Assembly: GCA_963825135.1 (NCBI GenBank)
Contig: CAWGRW010000009.1
Coordinates: 1,120,001 to 1,184,000, forward strand
From: an uncultured bacterium
GTDB lineage: Bacteria; Desulfobacterota_D; UBA1144; Nemesobacterales; UBA2774
DNA length: 64,000 nucleotides
Reading direction: 5' to 3'
In this document: positions 28,410 through 39,779 of the stretch, piece by piece
Numbering within the stretch: the first letter of the stretch is position 1
Layout of the letters: each line of letters starts with the position of its first letter
Made by a program: the position numbers and the translations under genes
Notes under the pieces: model-generated
Told to the model about the DNA's origin: nothing
The model's database searches: none
The model's input: only the letters and a program-made list of their open reading frames with translations

Positions 28410-29993
28410 ATGAAATCATTTGAAAGTTTTGGTTTGTCGGAAAGGACGCTCGACGTCCTTACCAAAAAGGGCTATGAAATGCCGACCAAGATCCAGGAGC
28501 TGGTTATTCCGGTCGTAATGGAGGGGGACGACGATATAGTCGCCCAGGCCCAGACCGGTACGGGCAAGACTGCGGCGTTCGGAATTCCCCTTATCGAGCT
28601 GCTTCCGGAAAAATCGAGGACGGTGCAGGCGCTGGTCCTCACTCCTACGAGGGAGCTCGCCATACAGGTAGCCGAAGAGATCAATTCACTAAAAGGGTGG
28701 AAGGAGCTCACCATTATTCCTGTTTACGGCGGGCAGTCGATGGGCTTGCAGTTAAGGAGCCTTCGGAAGGGTGTTGACGTCGTCGTGGGCACGCCGGGCA
28801 GGATACTCGACCACCTCCGGAGCGGGACGCTCAAGCTCGATAACATCTCTTACCTCGTTCTCGACGAGGCCGACGAGATGCTCGATATGGGATTCATCGA
28901 TGACGTCCGGGAGATAATGGGATACTCCGGACCCAACAAGCGCACGATGCTTTTTTCGGCGACCATGCCTCACGAGGTCATTCAAATCGCCAAGAAACAT
29001 ATGCGTACATACGAGACGCTCAAGGTCGAGCAGGAACAGCTTACGGTGAGCCAGACGGACCAGATATATTTCGAGGTCGCGGCCTCCGATAAGTTCGAGG
29101 CCCTTTGCAGGATCATAGACGTAGAAGAGGATTTCTACGCTCTCATCTTTTGCAGAACTAAAGTGGACGCCGACAAGGTGGCCGGAAAGCTGATGAAGCG
29201 CGGCTATGATGCGGACGCGCTCCACGGCGATATGTCGCAGAACCAGAGAGAGAGGACGCTTAACAAGTTTAAGAACCGCCAGCTCAATATACTCGTGGCT
29301 ACGGACGTCGCCGCGAGGGGCATAGACGTCCAGAACCTTACCCATGTTATAAACTACGCCCTGCCTCAGGACTCGAAGTCTTACGTACACAGGGTCGGCA
29401 GAACCGGGCGCGCCGGAAAGGAAGGCAACGCGATCACCTTTATCACCCCGGAAGAATATAGAAAGCTTAAATTTATCAGCCGGGAAACGAAAACGGATAT
29501 CAGGAAGGCGAAGCTCCCTCAGGTCAAGGACGTCATAGAGACCAGGAAGAAGCGGGTCAAGGCGGAGATCGAGAATTTATTCAACTCCCGTCCGGGGCCG
29601 GAGTATTACGAGCTGTCGAAGGAACTCGTGGAAAATAAGGACCCTCTGGAAATAATAGCTTCTCTCCTTCAACACACTTTCAGGGAAGAGCTCGACGAGA
29701 AGAATTACACGGAGATAGGAGACGGGGTTGTCGACCTGAAGGGCAAAACCAGGCTCTTCGTAACAAAAGGCAAACAGGACAAGCTCACCCCGAAGAAGCT
29801 GGTGGATTTCATAAGGAACAAATGCAGCATTAAGAGTGAAAAAATTAACGACATCAAAATTCACGATAAATTCTCTTTCGTAACCCTGCCGTTCCATGAA
29901 GCCGAGCAGCTGTTGTCGTATTTCAAAGAAAGGAAAAGGGGCTCGGAGCCTTTTATAATGAAGGCAAAAGAGACGCGGGACCATCACGCCTAA
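28410..29993 (+). CDS. DEAD-box RNA helicase (DeaD/CshA-like) with DbpA-type C-terminal RNA-binding domain
   Basis: AQTGTGKT, PTRELA, TPGR, DEAD, SAT, ARGID, HRVGRTGRAG. Confidence 0.95.
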   Translation: MKSFESFGLSERTLDVLTKKGYEMPTKIQELVIPVVMEGDDDIVAQAQTGTGKTAAFGIPLIELLPEKSRTVQALVLTPTRELAIQVAEEINSLKGWKELTIIPVYGGQSMGLQLRSLRKGVDVVVGTPGRILDHLRSGTLKLDNISYLVLDEADEMLDMGFIDDVREIMGYSGPNKRTMLFSATMPHEVIQIAKKHMRTYETLKVEQEQLTVSQTDQIYFEVAASDKFEALCRIIDVEEDFYALIFCRTKVDADKVAGKLMKRGYDADALHGDMSQNQRERTLNKFKNRQLNILVATDVAARGIDVQNLTHVINYALPQDSKSYVHRVGRTGRAGKEGNAITFITPEEYRKLKFISRETKTDIRKAKLPQVKDVIETRKKRVKAEIENLFNSRPGPEYYELSKELVENKDPLEIIASLLQHTFREELDEKNYTEIGDGVVDLKGKTRLFVTKGKQDKLTPKKLVDFIRNKCSIKSEKINDIKIHDKFSFVTLPFHEAEQLLSYFKERKRGSEPFIMKAKETRDHHA

Positions 29994-29999
29994 CCTTCT

Positions 30000-30623
30000 T
30001 TAGAAGGAGGTTAAATTCAGGCCCGGCTGGCCGACGTCCTTAACCATGAGGAGCGCGTAGCCGGTGTGGCGGATGAGCGCGTGCGGGACTATTTTCTCCC
30101 GCATTATTTCATAAAACCCGTGACGCTCGTAGAGTCTTTTCGCTCCCTCGTTTTGCTCGAACACTATGAGGCTTAATTGAGGAAGGCCGTATTCGAGGGC
30201 CTTTCCGGCGGCCAGATCCAGAAACTTATTCCCTAGCCCCTTGCCTCTATACTCGGGGAAGACCGCGACCCCCATGATGTAGCAGCTATTGTCTTTCTCC
30301 AATATTGTATAGGGCTTGAGGACAGGGTCTCTTTCGGCAGCCGTGCCCGGATTCTCGGGCAGATGCATGGGGAACGCGACGAGCATCCCTATGATCTCGC
30401 CTCCATACTCGGCGACCAGACAGTTTTTATAGCTGAAAATAAGGTCTTCGTTTGAGTACCGTTTTTCGCCCACGTCGAGAATATCCTCTCCCGGCCCGGC
30501 AAGCTTCGTCCATATGTAGTCTGCCAATCCGTCTGAGGAGATGCTGTAGAGCCGCGCGATAGTCCGGCACTCGTCCTTTTTAGCGGGGCGGAATGTTACT
30601 CCGTCAGAAAAACTTCGGTTCAT
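30000..30623 (-). CDS. GNAT family acetyltransferase
   Basis: VAVFPEYRGKGLG, N.GAKRLYERHGF. Confidence 0.88.
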   Translation of the reverse strand: MNRSFSDGVTFRPAKKDECRTIARLYSISSDGLADYIWTKLAGPGEDILDVGEKRYSNEDLIFSYKNCLVAEYGGEIIGMLVAFPMHLPENPGTAAERDPVLKPYTILEKDNSCYIMGVAVFPEYRGKGLGNKFLDLAAGKALEYGLPQLSLIVFEQNEGAKRLYERHGFYEIMREKIVPHALIRHTGYALLMVKDVGQPGLNLTSF

Positions 30624-31204
30624 TATTTATTCCGGGAGATACTCCTTAATTCTTTATGCCTGAAACACTCGGTTGTATGGTCGTTCACCATGCCTGCAGC
30701 CTGCATATAGGCGTAGCAAATCGTCGAGCCGACAAAGTTGAAACCTCTTTTCTTCATGTCCTTGCTCATTGCGTCCGACTCGGGCGTCTTCGCGGGAAGC
30801 TCCTTCAGGGACTTCCACGAGTTGTGTATGGTGCTTCCACTTACGAACTGCCATATGTACTTATCGAAAGTCCCGAATTCCTTTCTGACCTCCAGGAACG
30901 CCTTCGCGTTCTTTATCGCGGAGCCCACTTTGAGTCTGTTCCTGATAATCCCCGGGTTATTCAGAAGCTCCTTAATTTTTTTGTCGTCATAAAGCGCTAC
31001 TTTCCGGTAATCGAAATTGTCGAACGCTTTTCGGTAGGCCTCCCTTTTTTTGAGGACCGTCTGCCAGCTCAGCCCCGCCTGCGCCCCGTCGAGCACTATC
31101 ATCTCGAAATGCTTCCGCTCGTCGTGAACCGGCACGCCCCATTCGTTGTCGTGATAATCGATCATCAAGGGGTCGGAGATTGACCACCCGCATCTGTTTG
31201 TCAT
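30623..31204 (-). CDS. tag: DNA-3-methyladenine glycosylase I
   Basis: RC.W, YHDNEWG, QAGLSW, IIRNRLK, GMVNDH. Confidence 0.95.
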   Translation of the reverse strand: MTNRCGWSISDPLMIDYHDNEWGVPVHDERKHFEMIVLDGAQAGLSWQTVLKKREAYRKAFDNFDYRKVALYDDKKIKELLNNPGIIRNRLKVGSAIKNAKAFLEVRKEFGTFDKYIWQFVSGSTIHNSWKSLKELPAKTPESDAMSKDMKKRGFNFVGSTICYAYMQAAGMVNDHTTECFRHKELRSISRNK

Positions 31205-31221
31205 TTAAATTCTCCTGATTC

Positions 31222-31587
31222 TCACTCCGGGTCGCGGTTGACCGTTCCGGGAGAGAAAGCGGGGGTGCATACGGCTACGTATTTCGCCCCGCCGGACCGG
31301 GGGGTGCTGTACCTCACCCATTCGCCGGGGTCGGCGACGACGGCCTGCCCCGCTTTGACTTCGAGAGCCCCGCCTTCGTATTCGACTATAAGCGTCCCCT
31401 CCAGAACGAGTGTCACTTCCTGAAACACGGGGCGCTGTCCCGGCTCCTCCCAGCCCTCGGGGGATGTCATGCGCGCGACACTGACGCCCGTATGGCCGGA
31501 GTTAACCCTCCCCGCGAACTCCTCGATCTTTTTAGGCTTATTCCCCGCAGCCTCGACGATAGTCGGTTTTTCGATCAATGTGGGCAT
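31222..31587 (-). CDS. Cupin domain protein (EutQ-like)
   Basis: GNKPKKIEE, SP.GW.EPGQ.P, E.T.VL.G, EWVRYSTP, AVC.PAFSP. Confidence 0.85.
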   Translation of the reverse strand: MPTLIEKPTIVEAAGNKPKKIEEFAGRVNSGHTGVSVARMTSPEGWEEPGQRPVFQEVTLVLEGTLIVEYEGGALEVKAGQAVVADPGEWVRYSTPRSGGAKYVAVCTPAFSPGTVNRDPE

Positions 31588-31804
31588 CAGGTGCGTCCTC
31601 TCGGTGTCAGTTCTTCAGGCAGTCCATGAAAGATATAGCCACTCTTTACTGAATATAAATAAGATAATCTTCCTTAGCAAGAACGGGCTCTCATATTACG
31701 TCTGTATAAATAAGGTTGTATAACTGCGGGATAAAAATTATTCTTTATATAGGGCCGGAAAATAAAAGCCATGTGAGCGTATCGCTTGATCGAGGAGGTT
31801 CTTC

Positions 31805-32317
31805 ATGTCGAGAAAAATCGTCTCCTTAATGATTTCGTTATTGATTTTCGGTCTTATAAACGTCACCGCCGCGTACCCGAACGGCTCTCCGCAGTGGGTT
31901 ACGGGCGAGGTCGTGTCTATGGTCGGGAAAGAGGACGACGGACTCATCAGCCTGAAGCTTGCCGACGGCGAGCTCTTTAGCATACCCTCCGGGACTTCAC
32001 TCTTCGAGGGGATCGCGATAGGGGATGTCGTGACTGTACAGGTCATCGAGGGGCGCGCGCAAATTATTACGATTGCGGAGGACAAGAAGCCCGAGACGCC
32101 CAAGCCTGGAAAAGTGGAAAGCGGCGTTCAGTGGGTCCCGGGCGAGATCGTCTCCATTCAGGGGGGCACATACGACAGCCTCATCAGCGTCAGGATGTCG
32201 GACATGACGATCTTCAACATTTCTTCACCAAACGATCTGTTAAAGGGGATTAAGGTCGGAGACCATGTGATAGTTAAGGTCTTCCGGGGGTGGGCGCAGT
32301 CGGTCACGAAGAAATAG
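31805..32317 (+). CDS. Exported protein with two tandem OB-fold-like repeats
   Basis: Signal peptide, then two ~60 aa repeats QWV.GE.VS ... L..GI..GD.V.V.V..G.AQ. RBS GGAGG. Confidence 0.7.
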   Translation: MSRKIVSLMISLLIFGLINVTAAYPNGSPQWVTGEVVSMVGKEDDGLISLKLADGELFSIPSGTSLFEGIAIGDVVTVQVIEGRAQIITIAEDKKPETPKPGKVESGVQWVPGEIVSIQGGTYDSLISVRMSDMTIFNISSPNDLLKGIKVGDHVIVKVFRGWAQSVTKK

Positions 32318-32499
32318 ATTATATTGTGAGACAGCGGCGGGCGGGGATAGTTGAAGAGACGAGAATATTTCCTGAATCCATTTCGCTCTGAGCTCTATCA
32401 AATGTAGTAGATAGAGAACGATATTTTTGTACATACTCGCACATCCTATACCATCCTCCTTGAGGAAAAGAGGCCCTTAGCTTTTGTAAGGGCTTCTTT

Positions 32500-33651
<1,152 letters not shown>

Positions 33652-33684
33652 TCTGAGTGCACCTCCCCGCCGTTGATTACCTAC

Positions 33685-33733
33685 CGAGCGCTCGCTCGCT
33701 TTAAATTATAAAAACGTTCGAAGTTTATGTCAA
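33685..33733 (-). promoter_or_regulatory. Consensus sigma70 promoter with palindromic operator at the start site
   Basis: Minus strand TTGACA (33733-33728), 17 nt, TATAAT (33710-33705). CGAGCG-CT-CGCTCG palindrome at 33685-33698. Confidence 0.8.
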
Positions 33734-33739
33734 GGGGCT

Positions 33740-34363
33740 TTATGTGAGCGACTTTAAAATGAGCTCGGTCTGGATTTTGATGTAGTTTTTGAGGGAGTAG
33801 TTCTTTTGTACCGACCAGCGCCTGAACGCCCACATCTGCCCCTGCACCATTATATTTTCAGCCGCGAGTTTAGCGGTGCTTCTGTCTATCTTAAATACCT
33901 TTTCCTGTATCCCGTGGGTGATAATGTCTTCGAAGATCGCGACAAGCTCCTTCTCGGCCGAGAGTATGTAGCTCCTGTCCGTACGGTTGAGAGATTTCGT
34001 CTCCTGATACAGGAGGAGCGAATAATCCTGTATCTCGTCTATGATGGTGAAGTAGTCGCGGATGGCGTTCTTTAGGTTCTCCCTGGCGTCTTTCTCTCCG
34101 ACCAGGGAACTCTGCAGTTTTTCGCTTACGCTCTTGTGTATATGGTCGCAGACGAGGAACAGGATGTCCTCTTTCGTCCTGATGTAATCGTAGAGCGCTC
34201 CCATGCTCATGCCGAACTCTTTCGCTATCTCCCTGACCGTGGTCTTGTGGAACCCCTTTTTAACGAATAATTCGACGGCGGCGTTCACGAGCTCCTGCCT
34301 CCTTACGCTTATCAGGTCTTTGTCTTTTATATTGGACGCTATTCGGGTCTTTGAGTCGCTCAT
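33740..34363 (-). CDS. TetR/AcrR family regulator
   Basis: AA.ELF..KGFHKTTVREIA...GMS.GALY.Y..TKEDIL helix-turn-helix. Confidence 0.92.
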   Translation of the reverse strand: MSDSKTRIASNIKDKDLISVRRQELVNAAVELFVKKGFHKTTVREIAKEFGMSMGALYDYIRTKEDILFLVCDHIHKSVSEKLQSSLVGEKDARENLKNAIRDYFTIIDEIQDYSLLLYQETKSLNRTDRSYILSAEKELVAIFEDIITHGIQEKVFKIDRSTAKLAAENIMVQGQMWAFRRWSVQKNYSLKNYIKIQTELILKSLT

Positions 34364-34646
34364 AGTGTCTATCCCTTTTATAACCGTATGATCATACGCA
34401 GGAATTAATGAACCCCGAGAAAAACCAGTCGATGCGTTATTTTACTTTATTATGACCGGGAAATTTAGAGTCTCAATCTTGCTTGTGCTCGGAATGCGTA
34501 TGCGGAGCCCCATATCAAGCAGCCATCAAGGTGCAAGCGTTATCCGGGAAACATAATGATTGCCGCGAACGTTATAACCCCGGCGGGGTACTTATTTCAT
34601 CGGCCGCGCGATCACCCCCCGGGCAGCATTTTGTTCCGGGAACCCC

Positions 34647-35195
34647 TTATTTAAAGGGATTCAGCGTATTGAGGTCGGTCAGGGTTTCGATTAACTTAGG
34701 CTTTTCGACGAACAGCCTGTACTGCATCAATCTCAAGATAGACGACAGGTCTTTCCATTCCGACATGAACGATTCGTGTCCGGTCACGACCTCTTTGGCC
34801 TCACGGATACTCTCGTGGACGTAATCCGAAAATGTTTTTTCGGATATTTCATTTTCGAGCGATTCTATTATCTTGGGCAGCTCGTTCTTTTCGAGCCATA
34901 TCCCCCGGCACGATGGGCAGTAGTTTAATTCTATTCCCGTATGCCCGTACTCGATACTTATCGTCTTGGCGGCGCATGAAGGACATTTCAGATCCGTCTC
35001 TCTCGATTTGAATTTCTCCGGGTGCTTCCATATTTCGAAATCGAGCCAGTCGATGTTGGGGTCGGCGGCTTCCTCGGCCTTGCCCAGTTCCCCCGCGTCG
35101 AGCCATACGCCCTTGCACGACTCGCATTCATCGACGTCTATAGACCCCAGGACCTTTGTTTTAAGCTCTTTACCGCACTTCGGGCATTTTTTCAT
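34647..35195 (-). CDS. Double zf-TFIIB (zinc-ribbon) protein
   Basis: Two repeats of CPxC...C..C.G.WL...EL. Confidence 0.82.
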   Translation of the reverse strand: MKKCPKCGKELKTKVLGSIDVDECESCKGVWLDAGELGKAEEAADPNIDWLDFEIWKHPEKFKSRETDLKCPSCAAKTISIEYGHTGIELNYCPSCRGIWLEKNELPKIIESLENEISEKTFSDYVHESIREAKEVVTGHESFMSEWKDLSSILRLMQYRLFVEKPKLIETLTDLNTLNPFK

Positions 35196-35213
35196 AATAT
35201 CCGCTCCGGTTTA

Positions 35214-35582
35214 TTAGAAATTTTCGACGTCGACGACGCGGTCCTCCATGAAGTAGAGGAACACGCAGTCGTAATCGAGACCGTTATGGGTCTCGCAGCT
35301 ATAGGTCCATTTCTCATCGTACCTGCCCTTCTCCCCGGCCGTATCCTTCTGCCAGGGCTCTCCGTAAGACGCTACTATCTGCTGCTTCGTCATGCCCTTG
35401 AGGTCGGTCCCGTCCACGATCGCCTTCAGCATTTCATTCCCGCTCGATTTGCTCCCGCCCTGGGAGGTCACGACCGGGCTATCGGCGGAGAATGATACCG
35501 TGCTATAGAGTGAGATACATAAAAAGAACACGAAAACCGTCAAGGGTCCGTTTTTCCTGAAAAGTGAGCATGGGAATGACAT
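35214..35582 (-). CDS. Hypothetical exported protein, BamE/SmpA-like motif
   Basis: Signal peptide, GMTKQQI...GEP, E.W.Y, L.F....V. Confidence 0.55.
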   Translation of the reverse strand: MSFPCSLFRKNGPLTVFVFFLCISLYSTVSFSADSPVVTSQGGSKSSGNEMLKAIVDGTDLKGMTKQQIVASYGEPWQKDTAGEKGRYDEKWTYSCETHNGLDYDCVFLYFMEDRVVDVENF

Positions 35583-35677
35583 TAGTTTCTATTCTCCTCA
35601 GTTTAGTTTGGGATGAAAAGCCGCTTTGGATTCATTAATAATTATAAGCTGAAAATCGAATCAAGTCCTTTATTTCT

Positions 35678-37918
35678 TTATCTGAACTCGAACCCGAGCT
35701 TGTCCCCGCTCGCTACTATCCTTACGCTCCCGCCGCCCGAGGAAAGCTTCCCGAACAGTAGCTCCTGCGTGAGGTTCTGTGTTATCTCGCCGTCTATGAG
35801 CCGCTGTATGGGCCTCGCGCCGAGCTGCTTGTTGTAGCCCTTCTCCGCTATATAAGCCCTCGCTTCGGGTGTGAGCTCGATCGAGACCTTCTTTACCCTG
35901 AGCCTCTCCGCGAGCTGCCCCACCATCTTGTCCACTATCTTCTCCACCACTTCCTTCGATAGAGAGTTAAAATGGAGTACCGCGTTAAGCCTGTTCCTGA
36001 ACTCCGGGCTGAAGTACCTCTCTATCGCCTGGGCGCTCTTGTCCTCAAATTCGTCTTTTTCGAATCCGACCGTCCTCTGGCCGCTCTCCCTCGACCCCGT
36101 GTTCGTAGTCAGGATGAGGACTATCTGCCTGAAGTCCACTTTTCTGCCGTTAGAGTCTGTAAGGGTGGCATGGTCCATCACCTGTAAGAGCACGTTAAAG
36201 ATGTCCTCGTGGGCCTTCTCTATCTCATCGAGCAGGAGCACGGCGTGGGGTTTCTGATGGACGGCCTCGGTAAGCTGACCGCCCTCTTCGTATCCGACGT
36301 ATCCGGGCGGCGACCCTATGAGACGGGAGACCGTGTGCTTTTCCATGTACTCGCTCATGTCGAACCTGATGAACTCTATGCCGAGCGCCTCCGCGAGCTG
36401 CTTCGCGAGCTCCGTCTTGCCGACCCCGGTGGGTCCGGCGAACATGAAGCTCCCGACGGGCTTCATCGGCTCGCTCAGCCCGGAGCGGGACATCTGTATC
36501 GCCGTGACTAGCTTGTCGACGGCCTCGTCCTGACCGTATATGACCTTCTTGAGATCGTCCGCGAGGGTCATGAGCCTGTTCCTGTCGTCGACCTTTACCG
36601 TACGGGTCGGAATCTTGGCTATCTTCGAGACGAGCGCCTCTATGTCCTTGACTGTTACCTGCCTTACAGCGCCACCTGCGCTTCTGAGCTTGACCTCGGC
36701 CCCCGCCTCGTCTATCAGGTCTATGGCCTTGTCCGGGAGCCTCCTGTCGTTCATGTATTTTGCGGAGAGCTCGACGGCGGCTTTGAGCGCGGGCGTGGAA
36801 TATTTAACCTTATGAAAATCCTCGTAGTATTTCTTAAGACCCAGGAGAATTTTTACGCACTCCTCCTGGCTCGGCTCGTACACGTCTATCCTCTGGAACC
36901 TCCGCGCGAGCGCGTGGTCCTTCTCGAACACGCTCCTGTATTCCTTGAGAGTCGTCGTCCCGATGCACCGTATCTCCCCGTTCGAGAGCGCGGGCTTGAG
37001 CATGTTGGAGGCATCGAGAGTGCCTCCCGAGACGGCTCCCGCGCCTATCACCGTGTGTATCTCGTCGATGAACAGGACCTTGTTCTGGTCTCCCCTTACG
37101 CTGTCGATAATGGCCTTGAGCCTCTCCTCGAAATCCCCCCTGTACCGCGTGCCCGCCGTGAGCGATCCCATGTCGAGCGCGTAGATAGCGGTCTTTTCGA
37201 GCGCCTCCGGAACCGCGCCCTGCGCTATCCTGAGGGCGAGACCTTCGGCGATGGCGGTCTTGCCGACGCCGGCGTCTCCTACGAATATCGGGTTGTTCTT
37301 CCTTCTCCTGGCCAGTATGTGAATAGTGCGGTCTATTTCCGATTCACGTCCGATAAGCGGGTCGAGCTTCCCGTCCCGCGCTTTATTCACGAGATCGGTA
37401 CAGAATTCGCCCAGCGGGTCCTTGGGCTTTTGCTGGGTCTCCGTATCCGTCTTTGCGATGCTGGTCGATTTTTCCTTGCCTGCATATGTAGCGCCGCCGT
37501 GAGAAATATAGTGGACTACGTCGTAACGGCTTATACCCTGCGCCGTGAGCAGGTAAACGGCGTGTGACTCGTCGACCCTGAACAGCGCGACCAGAATGTT
37601 CCCTCCGTTGATCTGCGTCTTGTCCGCAGATTCCGCATGCATCGCAGCCAGCCTGAGCACATACTGGCTGCCTGCCGAATACTGAGGGTCAGGCAGGTAC
37701 TCGGAATCGACGGGAGGCATGTTTTCGTCGAAGAAATCCTCCAGGCTCAACCTCAGGTTTTCGAGGTCGACTCCGCAGCCCGCCAGCACATCGCCTGCGT
37801 CCGGGTCGTATGTCAGCTCGAGCAGGATGTGCTCAAGCGTGATAAACTCGTGTCTCCTGTCCTTCGCCTGTTTATAAGCCCTTTTTAGTGTCTCCTCGAG
37901 TTCTCTTGAAAGAGTCAT
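35678..37918 (-). CDS. clpA: ATP-dependent Clp protease ATP-binding subunit ClpA
   Basis: Two AAA+ domains (GDAGVGKT, GPTGVGKT), no M-domain, 746 aa, directly after clpS. Confidence 0.95.
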   Translation of the reverse strand: MTLSRELEETLKRAYKQAKDRRHEFITLEHILLELTYDPDAGDVLAGCGVDLENLRLSLEDFFDENMPPVDSEYLPDPQYSAGSQYVLRLAAMHAESADKTQINGGNILVALFRVDESHAVYLLTAQGISRYDVVHYISHGGATYAGKEKSTSIAKTDTETQQKPKDPLGEFCTDLVNKARDGKLDPLIGRESEIDRTIHILARRRKNNPIFVGDAGVGKTAIAEGLALRIAQGAVPEALEKTAIYALDMGSLTAGTRYRGDFEERLKAIIDSVRGDQNKVLFIDEIHTVIGAGAVSGGTLDASNMLKPALSNGEIRCIGTTTLKEYRSVFEKDHALARRFQRIDVYEPSQEECVKILLGLKKYYEDFHKVKYSTPALKAAVELSAKYMNDRRLPDKAIDLIDEAGAEVKLRSAGGAVRQVTVKDIEALVSKIAKIPTRTVKVDDRNRLMTLADDLKKVIYGQDEAVDKLVTAIQMSRSGLSEPMKPVGSFMFAGPTGVGKTELAKQLAEALGIEFIRFDMSEYMEKHTVSRLIGSPPGYVGYEEGGQLTEAVHQKPHAVLLLDEIEKAHEDIFNVLLQVMDHATLTDSNGRKVDFRQIVLILTTNTGSRESGQRTVGFEKDEFEDKSAQAIERYFSPEFRNRLNAVLHFNSLSKEVVEKIVDKMVGQLAERLRVKKVSIELTPEARAYIAEKGYNKQLGARPIQRLIDGEITQNLTQELLFGKLSSGGGSVRIVASGDKLGFEFR

Positions 37919-38256
37919 TCTCCCTCACCCCCTGTTTCTACTTCAAGTATGCACTTCAACGGGTGCTCGTATTGTTTGGCCAGCTTGTCCACCTGTACGA
38001 TTTTCGTTGTCGCCACGTCGTATGTATATACTCCTATCATGCTTTGTCCGGACGTATGCGCCTCCAGCATTATTCTCGTCGATTCATCCTGACTCTTGAA
38101 AAAGACCCTCATTAAAATCCAGACCACGAATTCCCTGGGAGTGTAGTCGTCGTTAAGGAGCACAATTCTGTACATGTCGGGCCTTTTCAGCTTGGCCCTT
38201 TCTTCTGTGAGAAGCTCCCCTTCCCAGTCCCCGGATTTTATCTTTCCGTCTTCCAT
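37915..38256 (-). CDS. clpS: Clp protease adaptor ClpS
   Basis: LLNDDYTPREFV, HPL. 4-nt overlap with clpA. Confidence 0.95.
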   Translation of the reverse strand: MEDGKIKSGDWEGELLTEERAKLKRPDMYRIVLLNDDYTPREFVVWILMRVFFKSQDESTRIMLEAHTSGQSMIGVYTYDVATTKIVQVDKLAKQYEHPLKCILEVETGGEGE

Positions 38257-38366
38257 AAATCCCTACGTCGGATTATTTATCGCATTCGATCAGTTAGCCG
38301 AAACATTCCGCATATTATCCGCTCGCCGCCCCCCACTGGTAAATTTAAGCATAAAATATTTCTTGT

Positions 38367-39521
38367 CTAGCCGCCGTGCAGATATTTTAGGGGCGACTGC
38401 ATATTGTAATGCGTGATGAGGTTCTCTGTATACGTCTTTTCATTCGCCAGATACTTTCGTATCGCTTTGCTCGCGCCTTCGTGAACGATAAGGTGCGAGC
38501 TGTTTGTTGGAACGGCTGCAAAGCCCCTCAGAAATTTATGCTCGCCCTGCGCTCCGGCCTCGAAAATATCGATCCCGTTTCTTATAGAATAATCTATTAA
38601 TCTGTAGAAACAACACTCGAAATGGAGATTCTTGTAGTTGTGAATTGTTCCCCAGTAGCGCCCGAAGAGCCTGTTGTTTTTCACTACGTTAAAACTCCCC
38701 GCCACCCATTTCCCGCTGTTACGCGCCATGACAAGCACGAGGCGTTGTCTGTAATTTTCGAACAACAGGTCAAAGAATTCCCTGTTCAGGTAGGCGCTTC
38801 CCCACTTTCTCGAGTGTGTGTCCGTGTAGAATTCCCATATCGCATCGATGTGCTCGCTTTTTATGTCGTCCTTTTCGATGACCTTTATATCCAGACCCTC
38901 TTCCTCGACCGATTTCCTTTCTTTTCTTATCTGCTTCTTCCTGCCCGAGCGGATGTCCTCAAGAAAATCATCGAATGAATTGTAGCCTCTGTTTCTCCAG
39001 TGGTACTGATGGGTTTTCCTTGTGAGGAATTCCCTGCTTTCCAGAAAGGCGCACTCCCTGTCCGTGAGGAATAGAAAATGTATGGAAGAGCATCTCTCCT
39101 CCCCGCACATCTCTTTCAAACGATCGACCATAATCCCCGCGCATTCTTCAAACTGGTAGTCGGGGTGCACCGAGATGCGAATTCCGGTCGCCGGAGTGAA
39201 CGGAATGGCCACGACCATCTTGGGGTAATACCTCAGCCCCGCGTTCTCGAAAGCCCTTGCCCATTCCCAGTCAAAAATATATTCGCCGTACGAGTCGGAC
39301 TTTATATATGCGGTGACCGCTCCTATGATCCTTTCGGCGTCCCTCAGGACAATATGCCTCGGATTCCAAGCGGTGCGCGGACCGACGCATCCTGATTTCT
39401 CCATAGCTTCGAGAAACTCGTATTCGAGGAACGGATTTTCCCCGTCAACAATCATGTTGTACCCGTCTCTTTCGATGCCCGCTATAGACTCATAAACCGC
39501 CAATCTGTATTCTTTGCTCAT
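38367..39521 (-). CDS. FemAB-like GNAT-fold protein (DUF482)
   Basis: SYGEYIFD..WA, YYPK...AIPFTP.TG, GRYWG, LHFE.C.Y, FEAGAQGEHK..RGF. Confidence 0.88.
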   Translation of the reverse strand: MSKEYRLAVYESIAGIERDGYNMIVDGENPFLEYEFLEAMEKSGCVGPRTAWNPRHIVLRDAERIIGAVTAYIKSDSYGEYIFDWEWARAFENAGLRYYPKMVVAIPFTPATGIRISVHPDYQFEECAGIMVDRLKEMCGEERCSSIHFLFLTDRECAFLESREFLTRKTHQYHWRNRGYNSFDDFLEDIRSGRKKQIRKERKSVEEEGLDIKVIEKDDIKSEHIDAIWEFYTDTHSRKWGSAYLNREFFDLLFENYRQRLVLVMARNSGKWVAGSFNVVKNNRLFGRYWGTIHNYKNLHFECCFYRLIDYSIRNGIDIFEAGAQGEHKFLRGFAAVPTNSSHLIVHEGASKAIRKYLANEKTYTENLITHYNMQSPLKYLHGG

Positions 39522-39779
39522 CTGCGCCGTTCTAGTTCGCAATTGATAATTTTGAAACCCGGGTCGCCCTTTGGATTAGTATAACACCTGAGCCAAGCTC
39601 GCTTTCCGGTTTCCTCAAAGCGGTTGATATGCATTGCGGATCCGGCATCGCGCGGCCATCTGTCCGATATATCGAAAGCCGTTTGCCCGTCTTGTTGACA
39701 ATGGATTGATTAAAGTGAGATAATGGTAAATATCAAGTCAGCTGTCCCTGCTAATTAACTGGTCCAGCCGAGGCGGACG

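Noticed and set aside
34400..34646. Long intergenic region as a possible ncRNA or 113-aa ORF (34483-34824)
   Set aside because: No recognisable RNA motif. The ORF overlaps a real gene antisense and has no family features.
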